Counted from the first letter of the stretch, positions 50,241-60,134 are shown. The stretch: DNA of 64,000 nt from an uncultured virus (IMG/VR IMGVR_UViG_3300040946_000488) (IMGVR_UViG_3300040946_000488), one strand, 5' to 3'. Program-made: numbers and translations. The notes: a model not told the origin generated them from the letters alone.

Positions 50241-50900
50241 TCAGATCCCCTGTCCCAGCCCGTCCAGCTTGACGAGGCTGGACCTCACCGCCGCCACGAT
50301 GCCGGCATGGACCTGCTCGATGGCCCCCCAGGCCGGTACCACCATCCATCCCGGCTGTCCCACCGCCATCGACTTCCACAGGCCCAGGTACCGATCGCGC
50401 AGGCGGCGCTGCTTGGGCAGATCCCTCTCGTACCTGTCGCCGGCCACCGTGGTCCTGGAGGCAGCCTCTTCCGGCGAGCAGTCCAGGAGGATGTTCAGGT
50501 CGGCCCTGGGCAGGCACTCATGGGCATCGTGCAGCCACCCCTCGTCCAGGCCGTCGTCGCTGCCATAGACGTAGGCCGACTGCCACCAGCGGCCACAGAC
50601 CACGATCACCCCGTCCCGCAGCGCCTGGAGGATGCGACCGGCCGCCGCGTACTTGTCCACCGTCTGGACGCACTGGAAGACCAGGGGATCGCAATGGCAC
50701 ACATGGGTATCCTTCGTCAGGTGCCCGACCGCGATCTTGCCGTGCAGGTGATCGTGGATCACCTTGCCGGTCGCCGAGCCGTAGTCCGGGAACGTGAACG
50801 CCCTCGCCTTGAATCCGCACTTGACGAGGAATTCCACTAATAGCTTGACCTGGGTGGACTTGCCGAAGCGATCGCACCCTTCCAGCACGATGAAGTGCAT
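50241..50900 (-). CDS. tmk: thymidylate kinase
   Basis: FIVLEGCDRFGKSTQ, FPDY, RWWQS, DRYE. Confidence 0.9.
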   Translation of the reverse strand: MHFIVLEGCDRFGKSTQVKLLVEFLVKCGFKARAFTFPDYGSATGKVIHDHLHGKIAVGHLTKDTHVCHCDPLVFQCVQTVDKYAAAGRILQALRDGVIVVCGRWWQSAYVYGSDDGLDEGWLHDAHECLPRADLNILLDCSPEEAASRTTVAGDRYERDLPKQRRLRDRYLGLWKSMAVGQPGWMVVPAWGAIEQVHAGIVAAVRSSLVKLDGLGQGI

Positions 50901-51427
50901 CAGGTTCTCTCCCCAGCGACATGGGCATGCCAGATGTCACCTGGTTTCGCGCTGTCCGGGGAGGGCTCCCATTCCATGTGGACCGATCCAAGCGCCAATC
51001 CCATCTCTCTCAAGCGACCGTTCACTTCCCTCAAGGATTTCCGGCCGAAGTTCTTGAGCCTCAACAGATCGGTCTGGGTGAACATGATCAGATCGCCAAC
51101 CCGGCGGATGGGTTTCCCCAGGGCATAGCAAAAGCAATTGGCCGATCTGACGGATAGTTCCAGGTCGTCCACTTGCTTGTCCAGCAATCCACGATCGACG
51201 AGCCGATCTTCCAGGCCCGTGACCGGCTCGAAAGGATTCGACGGGCACGTGCTTGGCGACATGATAGGGACCTGCACGCGCACCAGGCGTCCTAGATCCC
51301 TCCTCATGGTCCCGAGTTCGTTCTCGACGAGGACCAGGTGGTCGATGCGTATCTCCCGGATCTTCTCCTCCAGGGCCGTGATGCGAGCCAACATCTCGTC
51401 AGTGATTTTCTTGCCATCTTCGCTCAT
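50900..51427 (-). CDS. stand-alone RNA polymerase alpha C-terminal-domain protein
   Basis: VDDLELSVRSANC...GDL...DLLRLKNFGRKSLREV. Confidence 0.9.
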   Translation of the reverse strand: MSEDGKKITDEMLARITALEEKIREIRIDHLVLVENELGTMRRDLGRLVRVQVPIMSPSTCPSNPFEPVTGLEDRLVDRGLLDKQVDDLELSVRSANCFCYALGKPIRRVGDLIMFTQTDLLRLKNFGRKSLREVNGRLREMGLALGSVHMEWEPSPDSAKPGDIWHAHVAGERT

Positions 51428-51533
51428 GTCGACCTCACGTGATTCTGAATGTTCTCAGGCTTGGGTCGAGGTGGACAGATCCCACCCCCTGGGACAGTAA
51501 CATGATTGAAACTCCGATCCTTCCCAGTAAAAT

Positions 51534-52040
51534 ATGGCCATGCCAAGCAAGAAGAAACCTTGCCCAACATGTGATCGCCTGATGAGCAGCCGTGCCACTC
51601 AATGTCGAAAGTGCAAGCCTCCGTACCCTCGTACTGACGAACACAAGCGCAAGATGTCTGCAATCTTGATGGGAGTACCGAAGCCGTATCTTCGAGGCCG
51701 TCCATGCCCAAAAAACTCGATGCTGATGAAGGCCTGGTGGACGAAAGAACGCCGGCAACGCAAACGAGATGAGATGCTTCGACGGAATCCGGACGCTCGC
51801 TATCATGGTTTGTCAACAAAAGGAGCCGCTCGCCTCGTTCGCTCCGTTGGACGATGCCAGCGCTGCGAGCATGATGGGTCAAGAAGCCGGCTGGAAATAC
51901 ATCACCATAATCGAGACAAGCACGATCACTCTCCAGCAAACCTGGAGGTCCTTTGCCACCGCTGTCACATGCGAGAGCATGCAGAGGCTGGCGAAATAGG
52001 CTGGGCTCACTATCACCAAAAGCGAAGGACTCTCCACTAG
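51534..52040 (+). CDS. HNH endonuclease with NUMOD3-like motif, opposite strand
   Basis: TDEHKRKMS; CQRC...LEIHH...NLEVLCHRCHMREH. Confidence 0.9.
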   Translation: MAMPSKKKPCPTCDRLMSSRATQCRKCKPPYPRTDEHKRKMSAILMGVPKPYLRGRPCPKNSMLMKAWWTKERRQRKRDEMLRRNPDARYHGLSTKGAARLVRSVGRCQRCEHDGSRSRLEIHHHNRDKHDHSPANLEVLCHRCHMREHAEAGEIGWAHYHQKRRTLH

Positions 52041-52354
52041 GCATGATGACATCCTCCGTTGTCATCTGGCTTTGCCCCCGGCGGGGGCGCAGGGAGAGCC
52101 ATCGGCATGGTGGACCCTCATGTGCTCCTCGTAGTCCCGGCGATCTTGATCTTCCTTTTCCGAGAGCTGGGTATCCAGCCAGATCTGGAGCTTGACCGTG
52201 CAGGAATTGCAGATCCCACCGTCCTGCTCGCCCCGCCTCGGCCCCCCGCAGAACTCACAATGATTGGTGACGGGGTACACGGACTTGAACAACCCTCGCT
52301 TCCTGTAATCGAGGAACTGTCGCACTGCTTGCACCACCAGGAAAGGATCCATGT

Positions 52355-53521
52355 TCACTCCTGCCTCAATGGTCGTCCCGGGCGGACGAAGCCTGAATCG
52401 TCGGGCTCGCCGGGCTCGCCGGGCTCGCCGGGATCTCCATCCTCTCCCTCTCCAGGGCCTCCATCTGGGCCAGCCACCTCGGCACCCTCCCCAGTCCCTG
52501 GCAGGGCCAGGTCGGGCCACTCGTCTTCTCCCGATCCTGGTCCGGATCTTGGTTCCTGCCCCAGGACCACGGGCTTCGCCGGCCTGGGCCTGGCGAAGGC
52601 TTTCCTGGCAGGCTTCGGGGCCGGCATCGAGGCCAATGCCCTCTCCTCCCGTCCCCGCCCCGCCGCCAGGTGGATCATGCGGGCCACGGCGATCTCGTCG
52701 GCCGACATCCCCGCCTGCAGGGCCAGCATCATGCTGGCGTCCGCCTGACGATCGTCCCGGGCGGCAGCCTGCAGGGCGATGAACTCGCGCCCGGCCCGCC
52801 TTACCTGCACGCAGATGTCCTCGGGCTCGCCGGCCACGCAGTGCTTGTGCAGTCGCAGGGGCCAGACGGTCTCCAGCGATCGCCAGAATCCTGACATGGC
52901 GCCGACGTGCGCCGACAGGGGCCAGGGCTTCCAGCAACGGCCTCCACCAGCCACGGAATTTTCGCTCCATGCCCGGGCCAGGACCACCGACACCAGGTGC
53001 CCACGTGGAGTGTACGCCGTGAACAGGGGCTCCAGCAATGCGTCCCAGGACAGCAACGCCACGTCGGCCAGTGCCCTCGCCGCGGCCCCGATCGCCGACT
53101 TGTCGCCATCCCTCGAAGATGGGAGGCCGAGGCCGGCCACGGAGGGGAGATCCAGGGAACCATCCGGCTGCGCCACGAGGAGGAACTCGTAGGAACCGTT
53201 CATCTCGGCGGGAGCGGGCACCATGCGCTCGACCTCGGGGGCATCGGATGGGACATCCGCCCTCGGCACCCTGCGACGGCGGCAGACGAGCGCATACACC
53301 CTGGATATCGCCGGATCATTCGGAGAGCCCGGCGGCACCTCGCCTGCCATCTGCCTCCAGGCCCACTGCGCGAGGCTGGAGCAGGTCTCGCAGATCCCGA
53401 CGTCCTGCTCGCCCTTCCGGAACAGGAAAGCCTGTCCCGTCCCGTGGCAGATGATGCACGACATGCCAGGAGGAGCGTCGATGGCGTAGGTGAAGCCCGG
53501 CAACGATCGCTCGAACGTCAT
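52355..53521 (-). CDS. hypothetical protein, Zn ribbon plus acidic Pro/Gly tail
   Basis: CIIC...CETC; ATGA coupling. Confidence 0.6.
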   Translation of the reverse strand: MTFERSLPGFTYAIDAPPGMSCIICHGTGQAFLFRKGEQDVGICETCSSLAQWAWRQMAGEVPPGSPNDPAISRVYALVCRRRRVPRADVPSDAPEVERMVPAPAEMNGSYEFLLVAQPDGSLDLPSVAGLGLPSSRDGDKSAIGAAARALADVALLSWDALLEPLFTAYTPRGHLVSVVLARAWSENSVAGGGRCWKPWPLSAHVGAMSGFWRSLETVWPLRLHKHCVAGEPEDICVQVRRAGREFIALQAAARDDRQADASMMLALQAGMSADEIAVARMIHLAAGRGREERALASMPAPKPARKAFARPRPAKPVVLGQEPRSGPGSGEDEWPDLALPGTGEGAEVAGPDGGPGEGEDGDPGEPGEPGEPDDSGFVRPGRPLRQE

Positions 53522-54648
53522 GGGACCATACCAGGAGCCTTCGAGATCCCTTGCGGAGACAAGGCAACCACGATTTCTTGGCGCTCGATCATGAGGGCTG
53601 CTATCTGGCTGTCGATCTGATCGAGCCTCCAGCAGCGCTGCCTGATGGCCAGGACCTCCTCCGGATCGTTCATGTCGGGTGCCTTGTCGTCGAGGGCCAC
53701 GCCCTCGATCTTGCCGCCGGCTCCGCCGAGCCGACCGTCTCCCGCGGCATATTCTGCCGTGCCATCGACTCCACGAATCCCTGGGGTTCGCGCAATCTCC
53801 TTGTCCGGGAACATCCCCGGGGAGCGATGGCAATGCCTGTTGAGGCGGGCAGAAGGGGTGGTCAAGATCTTCTCGGTCGTCCAGCCAGCCTTGATCCTTG
53901 AGTAGATCATGACCGGACTCCATCCCAACTTCTTGGCCCATCCACAGACAGACATGGTCAAGCCATCGTGAGTCAGGGTCTTGCCCTTGCCGCGGGGAAC
54001 ATAGAGGAGATGGGACTCCTCCTTGCCCGGATCGAGACTTGGGGATCCTGTTGGCACTGCCTCGTCCACGATGCCTCCTTCCCTCATGATGTCTCCCAGG
54101 CGATCGCAGGCCCTGTGGATGATCTGGCAGACGCGGGACTCCGTGACCCCGAGCCCATCCCCGATTTCCTGCATCGAGACGCCTCCAAGACAGTACGCCT
54201 GGAGGATCTGGCGATCGGAAGGATCCAGCCTCTCAAGCGACGAGGCTCCCATCTCGAACCTCTCGGCCCGGATGGCCTCGTCCTCTGGATTGTTACCTGA
54301 GGGGACATGCTCAGCATCCTCCATGGGGACCGGGTACAATGCTGCCCAGGGGACTTGCTCCAGGACGCTCGTCCCCGAGGCCTTCATTTTCTTGCGATCG
54401 TCCCGTGAGACGAGATCGCGTCTCCTCAACTCGTCGAGCATGGCGCCCCTCACCCTCAGGTAGGCGTACTGCCACAGGGTCGTGCCCTGGGAAGGATCGT
54501 GCCTCTCGTGACAGGTCCACAGGGCAAGGTTCCCGACGGCGACGAGATCTTCCAATGCAGGCTTCCCTCCCCGCCCACGGGTGATGGCACCAGCCATCCT
54601 CCAGATCCGATCTTGGTGCTCGCGGAAGACGGCGTCGAACGGGGACAT
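53518..54648 (-). CDS. FliA/WhiG-like sigma factor fused to a phage DNA-binding domain
   Basis: YAYLRVRGAMLDELRRRD; SMQEIGDGLGVTESRVCQI; WAKKLG...RIKAGW. Confidence 0.85.
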   Translation of the reverse strand: MSPFDAVFREHQDRIWRMAGAITRGRGGKPALEDLVAVGNLALWTCHERHDPSQGTTLWQYAYLRVRGAMLDELRRRDLVSRDDRKKMKASGTSVLEQVPWAALYPVPMEDAEHVPSGNNPEDEAIRAERFEMGASSLERLDPSDRQILQAYCLGGVSMQEIGDGLGVTESRVCQIIHRACDRLGDIMREGGIVDEAVPTGSPSLDPGKEESHLLYVPRGKGKTLTHDGLTMSVCGWAKKLGWSPVMIYSRIKAGWTTEKILTTPSARLNRHCHRSPGMFPDKEIARTPGIRGVDGTAEYAAGDGRLGGAGGKIEGVALDDKAPDMNDPEEVLAIRQRCWRLDQIDSQIAALMIERQEIVVALSPQGISKAPGMVP

Positions 54649-55349
54649 GTGACATGGTGGAACCTACCTCAAAAATCGATCGGCTCATAGAGTGCGCTGC
54701 CGTCCGTGTCCCCTACCCTCCGGGCGCAAGATCCCAACCAATCGTCCAGGATCGTCAGGACGAGAGAACGCACATCATGGACAGGATCTCCCCTCGATAT
54801 CTCGATCACTACCTGCCTGGTCGTGACGTCGAGCACATGGTACCCGCCCTCCACGGCCTTGTCGGCCAGGCCGGAAGTCGATAGCCGGCGCAAGGCTCGA
54901 CCATCCCTCGTCGCAATTCCTCCAGCCATCGTATCAAGCATCATGATGAAGCAGGTTCCCGCACTCATCGCGCCTTGCCATCACCCTGTGGCAGCAGAGG
55001 CATCTCCTGGCCTCCTTCGTCCCAGCACCTTCCGGCGCCCACTTGGAGGGGGTGCAATTCGTCTTGCCATCGCAAGGGGGGAAATCCCTCCCCACGATCC
55101 TCTTGGCCTTGATCGCGTCGAGATTGCGGACCCCTTGTCTCGTGAACTTTTCCATCACTTTTCCTCTCGCGGGGACTCTTCTCCTCCAGGGACGCCAGTA
55201 GCACCCAACCTGGTCTGGAGCCTGGCCCTCTCTTGCTCCAGTAGTAACCTCCGCAGATCATCGTGGTCGGACATGGCCCACGCCATGGCTACGATCGCGA
55301 CGACCAGGAAGGCGAGCAGCCACAGGCCCAGGATCCAGATCGCCGTCGC

Positions 55350-55745
55350 CTACCACTCGCTGTCGCTGCGATCGCGACGGCCATGGCGCTCGCCCCCACT
55401 CCCGCGATCGCCCCACCCATGCCCGCCGCCGTTGTCTCCCCCACTCCTGCCACGCGATCCTCCCCCGCCCCCTCCCCCACCACCCCCACGCCCCGGCCTC
55501 TCCTCGGCCTCGGACGCCCGCAATGGCCGGCCGTCGAGCATGTGGCCGTTGATGTTCTCGATGGCCTCGGCAGCAGCCTGGGGGGTCTCGAACTCCACGA
55601 AGGCGAATCCACGAGACTTCCCGGTCTCGCGATCGGCGATCACCTTGGCCGACACGAACGAATAGCCCTCGGCCTTCAGCAGGTCGGCCAGATCGTCTGT
55701 CGTGGTGGCCCAAGGCAAGTTTCCCAAGTACATCCTGTTTCCCAT
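55350..55745 (-). CDS. RRM RNA-binding protein with Gly-rich tail
   Basis: RNP2 MYLGNL, RNP1 RGFAFVEF. Confidence 0.95.
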   Translation of the reverse strand: MGNRMYLGNLPWATTTDDLADLLKAEGYSFVSAKVIADRETGKSRGFAFVEFETPQAAAEAIENINGHMLDGRPLRASEAEERPGRGGGGGGGGGGSRGRSGGDNGGGHGWGDRGSGGERHGRRDRSDSEW

Positions 55746-56449
55746 GCGTTCTCTTTCTCTGTTGGTTGTTTCCTTCGCGGTTTCTCAGGCGACCGCGCCG
55801 CCCTGACAATCATTCCTCGTCATCATCGTCGAACGGCTCAGGTGCTTCCGGCCTGAACCTGGGGAACCCGATAGGTCGATCTGGCTGCGAGGGCCGGCCG
55901 GAAGCCGGCCGTCGGGGGGGCTCGTGCTCGTCGACCTCGATGGCAGGTCCTCCCCGCCCCTTCCCTTTCTTCAAAATTTCCTTGAACTTATGGACCAGCT
56001 TGCCCCGCGGGCTGTCCCTCAGGGGAGCCTCCCGGACAGGGAACCTCATGTTGCCCACATGGTACACGCGGGCATGGGGCCTGGCAGGAGGCGATGATTC
56101 CGGGGAAGTCTCGACCTTGTCCGGGAATGACAGTGCCTCCGGTCCGTCCATGTCAGTCGCCTTGCTCGCCGGAACCTTCGTCTCATGGGGTGGGATCTTC
56201 TTGTTCCTCATGATGGACTCATGCCCCAGGGACCAGCGCCGGCCGGCACCCGCCGAAAGGAGCAAACGGGAGCCGGCCACCCAGCCTGGGGTGAGGCCGG
56301 GGCGCATGGCTGGCGTCCCCCCCGCCGAACCCGAAGACGACGGGGTACTTGTCGGCCAGCTCGATCGACGTCCCCGCGTCCGGGAGAATGGAAGAACCCA
56401 GACGCACGGGACGGAACCTGCGAAACGAGGGAAGGATGGAAAGCATGCT

Positions 56450-56731
56450 TCATTCCATACACGTGACGAAAGCCGACGGGACACGCGCTGGTCCCTGGTA
56501 CCATAAACCTGATCGACTCTTGAATTTAGGGGGAACATTCAAGTGAGGCATTGTTCCCACGCAACGGTCACAATGCGCTGATGATTCGCCAGGCTTTACG
56601 TAGTGAAGTGAGCCACATCCTTGACACATGCACAGCGCACTGTGATCCTTGCGATAAATTAGCTTCTTCAGCACGACACGTCTTCTCCTCTTGAATTGCT
56701 TGCGATCATCGCCCGGATGGACAAGCTTCAT
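56450..56731 (-). CDS. Zn-ribbon hypothetical protein
   Basis: CQGC...CDRC; ATGA coupling. Confidence 0.55.
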   Translation of the reverse strand: MKLVHPGDDRKQFKRRRRVVLKKLIYRKDHSALCMCQGCGSLHYVKPGESSAHCDRCVGTMPHLNVPPKFKSRSGLWYQGPARVPSAFVTCME

Positions 56732-57213
56732 TCTCCCACCTTCGCCGGCACCAGGTGGCTCTTGGCAGGGATGAGGCAAGGCAGGCTGTGCCCACGGCGC
56801 ACCGATATCCCCCCCGAAGGCAGGATGGACTCGATGACCAGATCGTCCATCAAGTCAGGATCTACCTTGAGGGCGGCACCAAACACCTGGGCATATCTCG
56901 GACGGCTCTTGGGTGCTATGGCCACGTGCTGTCCCACCTCGAAGTGGGGAGAGCCTGGCTTCTTGGGCGGCTTCCAGCCGGAATCTTCCAGTTCGTCCAT
57001 GATGGAGTCCAGGCAGAACGCCTTGTTGATGATCTCCTCCAAGATCTTCCAGGCCATCTGCATGTGGGGATTGGCGATTCCATTCTGCCAGCTCTTGAGG
57101 CGGGACTGGGCAAGCAGGGCATGCCTGACTATCTTGTCGGCATTGCGACGCAGCCTGCCGATGGGCGTGCTGCGCCTGTAGCTCCTTTTTTGCTTTCCCA
57201 TGAGGACTGTCAA
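56728..57213 (-). CDS. hypothetical protein with C-terminal KOW/SH3-like region
   Basis: FEVGQHVAI; directly downstream of promoter. Confidence 0.6.
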   Translation of the reverse strand: MTVLMGKQKRSYRRSTPIGRLRRNADKIVRHALLAQSRLKSWQNGIANPHMQMAWKILEEIINKAFCLDSIMDELEDSGWKPPKKPGSPHFEVGQHVAIAPKSRPRYAQVFGAALKVDPDLMDDLVIESILPSGGISVRRGHSLPCLIPAKSHLVPAKVGE

Positions 57214-57226
57214 CCTCTACGAATAC

Positions 57227-57255
57227 ATTTTATCCCGTGACGAACGAAGTGTCAA
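57227..57255 (-). promoter_or_regulatory. strong sigma70-type promoter with conserved spacer motif
   Basis: TTGACActtcgttc...17 bp TAAAAT, upstream A-tracts. Confidence 0.85.
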
Positions 57256-57395
57256 TCAAGATTTTTCCGGCTGTTTCGAGTCCTCGTTTTTTCATGTCGG
57301 ATCGTGGTGAACCAGGCTATGGCAGAAAAAAGCAGCCAACCGCCAGTAAAGATCGCCAAAAAAACATAGGGAAACATGTGCCCGATCGGTGCTCG

Positions 57396-58181
57396 TCAGA
57401 TCAGTCCCTTGGACCTCGCGTAATCGTCGAAATTGACGTACCAGCGACATGCCCCCACCTGGCGCTGCCTCGTCCTCACCGCGTTGCCGCTGTTGCCCTC
57501 GACGGTCCAGATGATCCTGTCCTGGCAGGCGGCAACCTGGACGACGTGGCCATGGATCTGGCCGTTGGCGATCACGCCCAGGTCCCCGCATTCCGGGACA
57601 TGCGACGGCTGGTGGGACATGTCGACGACGGAGCCTGGGATGTTCTTCAAGCAAAATTGGGCGATGGACTGTGCTCCCCCGATGCGGCCGAAGGGAGAGC
57701 CTCCTGGCGCCTTGGCGAAGTTCCAGCTGGCGAAGTACGCGCACCAGGCCGGGCCGGGGATGGAGATGGGCTTGCCCACCATGCCGGTATAGACGTCCAC
57801 CTCGGGACCCCGGTTCGATCCGTCCGGGATCTCGTGGACCCCCGCAGCCAGCTCTACCTTGGCTGACGCCAGCGCGGCTGCCGCGATGGGATTGGAGGCA
57901 TCCTGCTCGGGCATGCTCGACGTGGGTTGCTCCTGGGAACTGCCGGAAGGATTGTCCAGTGCCCACCAGGTGTCGGGACCCACGATCCCGTCGACCGCCA
58001 GGTTCGCCCGGCCCGGCCCGACGTGTCCGGCCTGGAACAGCTTGACGGCGGAATCCGTGGAAGGCCCGAAGATGGACGTCCCGGGATCTTCCCCGCAACC
58101 ATAGCCCTGCTCGATGAGCTCCTGCTGGAGCCTGGCCACGTAAGCGCCACTATCGCCCATGGTCAGAACTGGATTTGGCAT
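57396..58181 (-). CDS. endolysin: peptidoglycan-binding domain plus CHAP
   Basis: LQQEL...FGPSTDSAVKLFQ...VDGIVGPDTW; WCAYF, GHV, VEGN. Confidence 0.9.
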   Translation of the reverse strand: MPNPVLTMGDSGAYVARLQQELIEQGYGCGEDPGTSIFGPSTDSAVKLFQAGHVGPGRANLAVDGIVGPDTWWALDNPSGSSQEQPTSSMPEQDASNPIAAAALASAKVELAAGVHEIPDGSNRGPEVDVYTGMVGKPISIPGPAWCAYFASWNFAKAPGGSPFGRIGGAQSIAQFCLKNIPGSVVDMSHQPSHVPECGDLGVIANGQIHGHVVQVAACQDRIIWTVEGNSGNAVRTRQRQVGACRWYVNFDDYARSKGLI

Positions 58182-58484
58182 CCGGGCCTCCTTCCTCTAT
58201 TCAATCAAGCCACGTCTTGCATGGTGCCCAGGACTTGGGATTGGACGGGCTGCAATGGACCTCGAACAAGCGGAAAACATCTCCTGGACATGCTCAAGCC
58301 TTCTTCTTCTTCTTCTTCATTCGCGGCTCGCGCCTGGCAGGAGGGGCATACGACACCGAGATCGAGAAAGTCACCTGGGGCGGGGGATCATCGTACACCG
58401 CCGCCACGAGATAAAGCATGACGAGGGGAGCCTCGGCCGGGACTGCCGTGTCCAGCATCGCTCGGATCGCCTTCTCGGTCATCC

Positions 58485-58802
58485 TCAGGCAGCCTTGGCA
58501 TCCGGGCGAGCAGGGATCTGGCCTGGTATCTGGCGGATGAGCCTGGCCAGGGCCGCGGGAGAGAATGGATCTTCCCGCGCCTTGCGCCGACGATCGCCCC
58601 CCTGGAAATGATCCTTCAGCAACTCGTACAGTGCCCGTGCCAGGGTCTCCAGGGTGATGTCCCGTCCCGTGCGATCATCCTCGACCGTCACGTCCGCTCC
58701 CTTCGCCACGATCTTGGCCACCTGCACCATCGACACGTAGCTTGACTCGTCGACGTCGTACAGCTTCCGGTTCGAGAACTTCTTGAATTTCCGCAGGGGC
58801 AT
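58485..58802 (-). CDS. PhaR/PhbF-like N-terminal DNA-binding domain protein
   Basis: KKFSNRKLYD..S.YV...V.DxxTGxDIT..TL. Confidence 0.85.
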   Translation of the reverse strand: MPLRKFKKFSNRKLYDVDESSYVSMVQVAKIVAKGADVTVEDDRTGRDITLETLARALYELLKDHFQGGDRRRKAREDPFSPAALARLIRQIPGQIPARPDAKAA

Positions 58803-58812
58803 GGGCTCCTTC

Positions 58813-59316
58813 CTATTGTACCAGGAATTTTCGGCCTGGGCCTGCCAGCCTCCGCTGGTGTCTCTCACGGGTCTTCCTCAAGATCACGTGAGCTATGTCG
58901 GCGACGTGCTCAGGCCCGAAGACCACCTTATCGCCCTTGTGGACCGAAGTGTCAAGGGCGCGCGAAGCGCGGGTGGTAGGTGCAGGGTGGGCAGGCCCGT
59001 AGTCCCCGCAGGGGGCAAGGGCGCGCGAAGCGCGGGTGGCAGGGGCAGGGTGGGCAGGCCCGCAGTCCCCGCAGGGGGCAAGGGGTTCAGACTCGACAAT
59101 TCCCAAGAAAGGCAAGCATCCCTCCTCGTCATTTCGCGTGAGGACCCTGGCCCACAGTCGTTCTCCGACGCCCTCGAAGACCAGCTTCACCAGATCGCCG
59201 GGCCACAGATCTTCCCTCTCCTCCCTGGTAGGTATCTCGAACGAACTCGATTCCTTGTTCCGTCCCTCGACGTTGGCCAGCTCGGCAGTTCCATGCATCT
59301 TGTTCTTCGGCATCAT
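58813..59316 (-). CDS. DUF2314-like protein with two in-frame elements
   Basis: GDLVKLVF..ERLW.RV...FLGIVESEP...GDKVVFGPEHVAD. Confidence 0.7.
   Translation of the reverse strand: MMPKNKMHGTAELANVEGRNKESSSFEIPTREEREDLWPGDLVKLVFEGVGERLWARVLTRNDEEGCLPFLGIVESEPLAPCGDCGPAHPAPATRASRALAPCGDYGPAHPAPTTRASRALDTSVHKGDKVVFGPEHVADIAHVILRKTRERHQRRLAGPGRKFLVQ
58953..59078 (+). repeat. two tandem 63-bp elements (copy F), antisense to host gene
   Basis: 63-bp period, followed by an extra CAAGGG. Confidence 0.95.
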
Positions 59317-60134
59317 CCCCTCACGGTCGGCTGGGACTGCATGAGTTCCAGCAATTCCTTGATCGATATCGCCAGCATCCTGCAGTCCTTGATGTTGGCG
59401 CGGGCCACGTCGCCATGGCCGAGCTTGAAATTGGACTCGTCGGCAAACACCGTCAGGGCAGCGATCAACTGTCTCAGGTGCAGCAGGATCGTGTCGACGG
59501 GCACGCCGACAGCCCGATCGGGAGCGAAACCGTGCCAGTTCGGGTCGAGGGACGGGCCGGGCATGCCTGGGATGCCGTGCTTGGATCCCTGGATCAACTC
59601 GATCTCTTCCTTCAGGTTCACTGCCAGTATGCGACAATTCCGCGCCACCGTTCGCATCGCATCGGATCCGACAGGCGAGATCTCAAGCCCATGGAGGACC
59701 ATCCATCGACCAACCTCGTCCGCCACCGACTCCAGCACCGCGGCGAGCTGTGCCTCGTGCTGCATGACGGTCGCGTTGACAGCATTCACCTTGATGTCCG
59801 CCACGATGCCGTGCGCGCTCACCGTGTACCGCTCGGGGAGGGTCTGTGAGGCAGCCAGGCGCTCGCTGAGCCCGGGGAGGGGCGGCAGGTCGGGCAGGCG
59901 AGCAAGACTAGATGACCGAGATGACGGGAGCGATGGGGGATCATACGTCATGGCGACCGGGGGCGAAGATGCCGATTGCCGCCTGCCGCAGGACCAGCAG
60001 GATGCCGATCCACGATCCACCGGACGCTTGCACACGGAACAGGCCAACTGCGAGGTATAGCCGTTGTGGCAGAAGACGCAGACGTTGAGCCCGTCTTCCA
60101 CCCCATGTCCGCACGCCAGGCAGTACAGGCCCAT
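59313..60134 (-). CDS. double Zn-ribbon protein with duplicated helical domain
   Basis: Four CxxC; ADE...CR(I/M)LA..(L/I)KE..EL.Q twice. Confidence 0.7.
   Translation of the reverse strand: MGLYCLACGHGVEDGLNVCVFCHNGYTSQLACSVCKRPVDRGSASCWSCGRRQSASSPPVAMTYDPPSLPSSRSSSLARLPDLPPLPGLSERLAASQTLPERYTVSAHGIVADIKVNAVNATVMQHEAQLAAVLESVADEVGRWMVLHGLEISPVGSDAMRTVARNCRILAVNLKEEIELIQGSKHGIPGMPGPSLDPNWHGFAPDRAVGVPVDTILLHLRQLIAALTVFADESNFKLGHGDVARANIKDCRMLAISIKELLELMQSQPTVRG

Noticed and set aside
52400..52432. 9-bp tandem repeat
   Set aside because: Low-complexity (GEP)n coding tail
55440..55500. Another 63-bp element copy
   Set aside because: Only Gly codons of the RRM tail; both hairpins are absent
57811..57821. 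tRNA T-loop-like GGTTCGATCC
   Set aside because: Inside the endolysin gene; no cloverleaf
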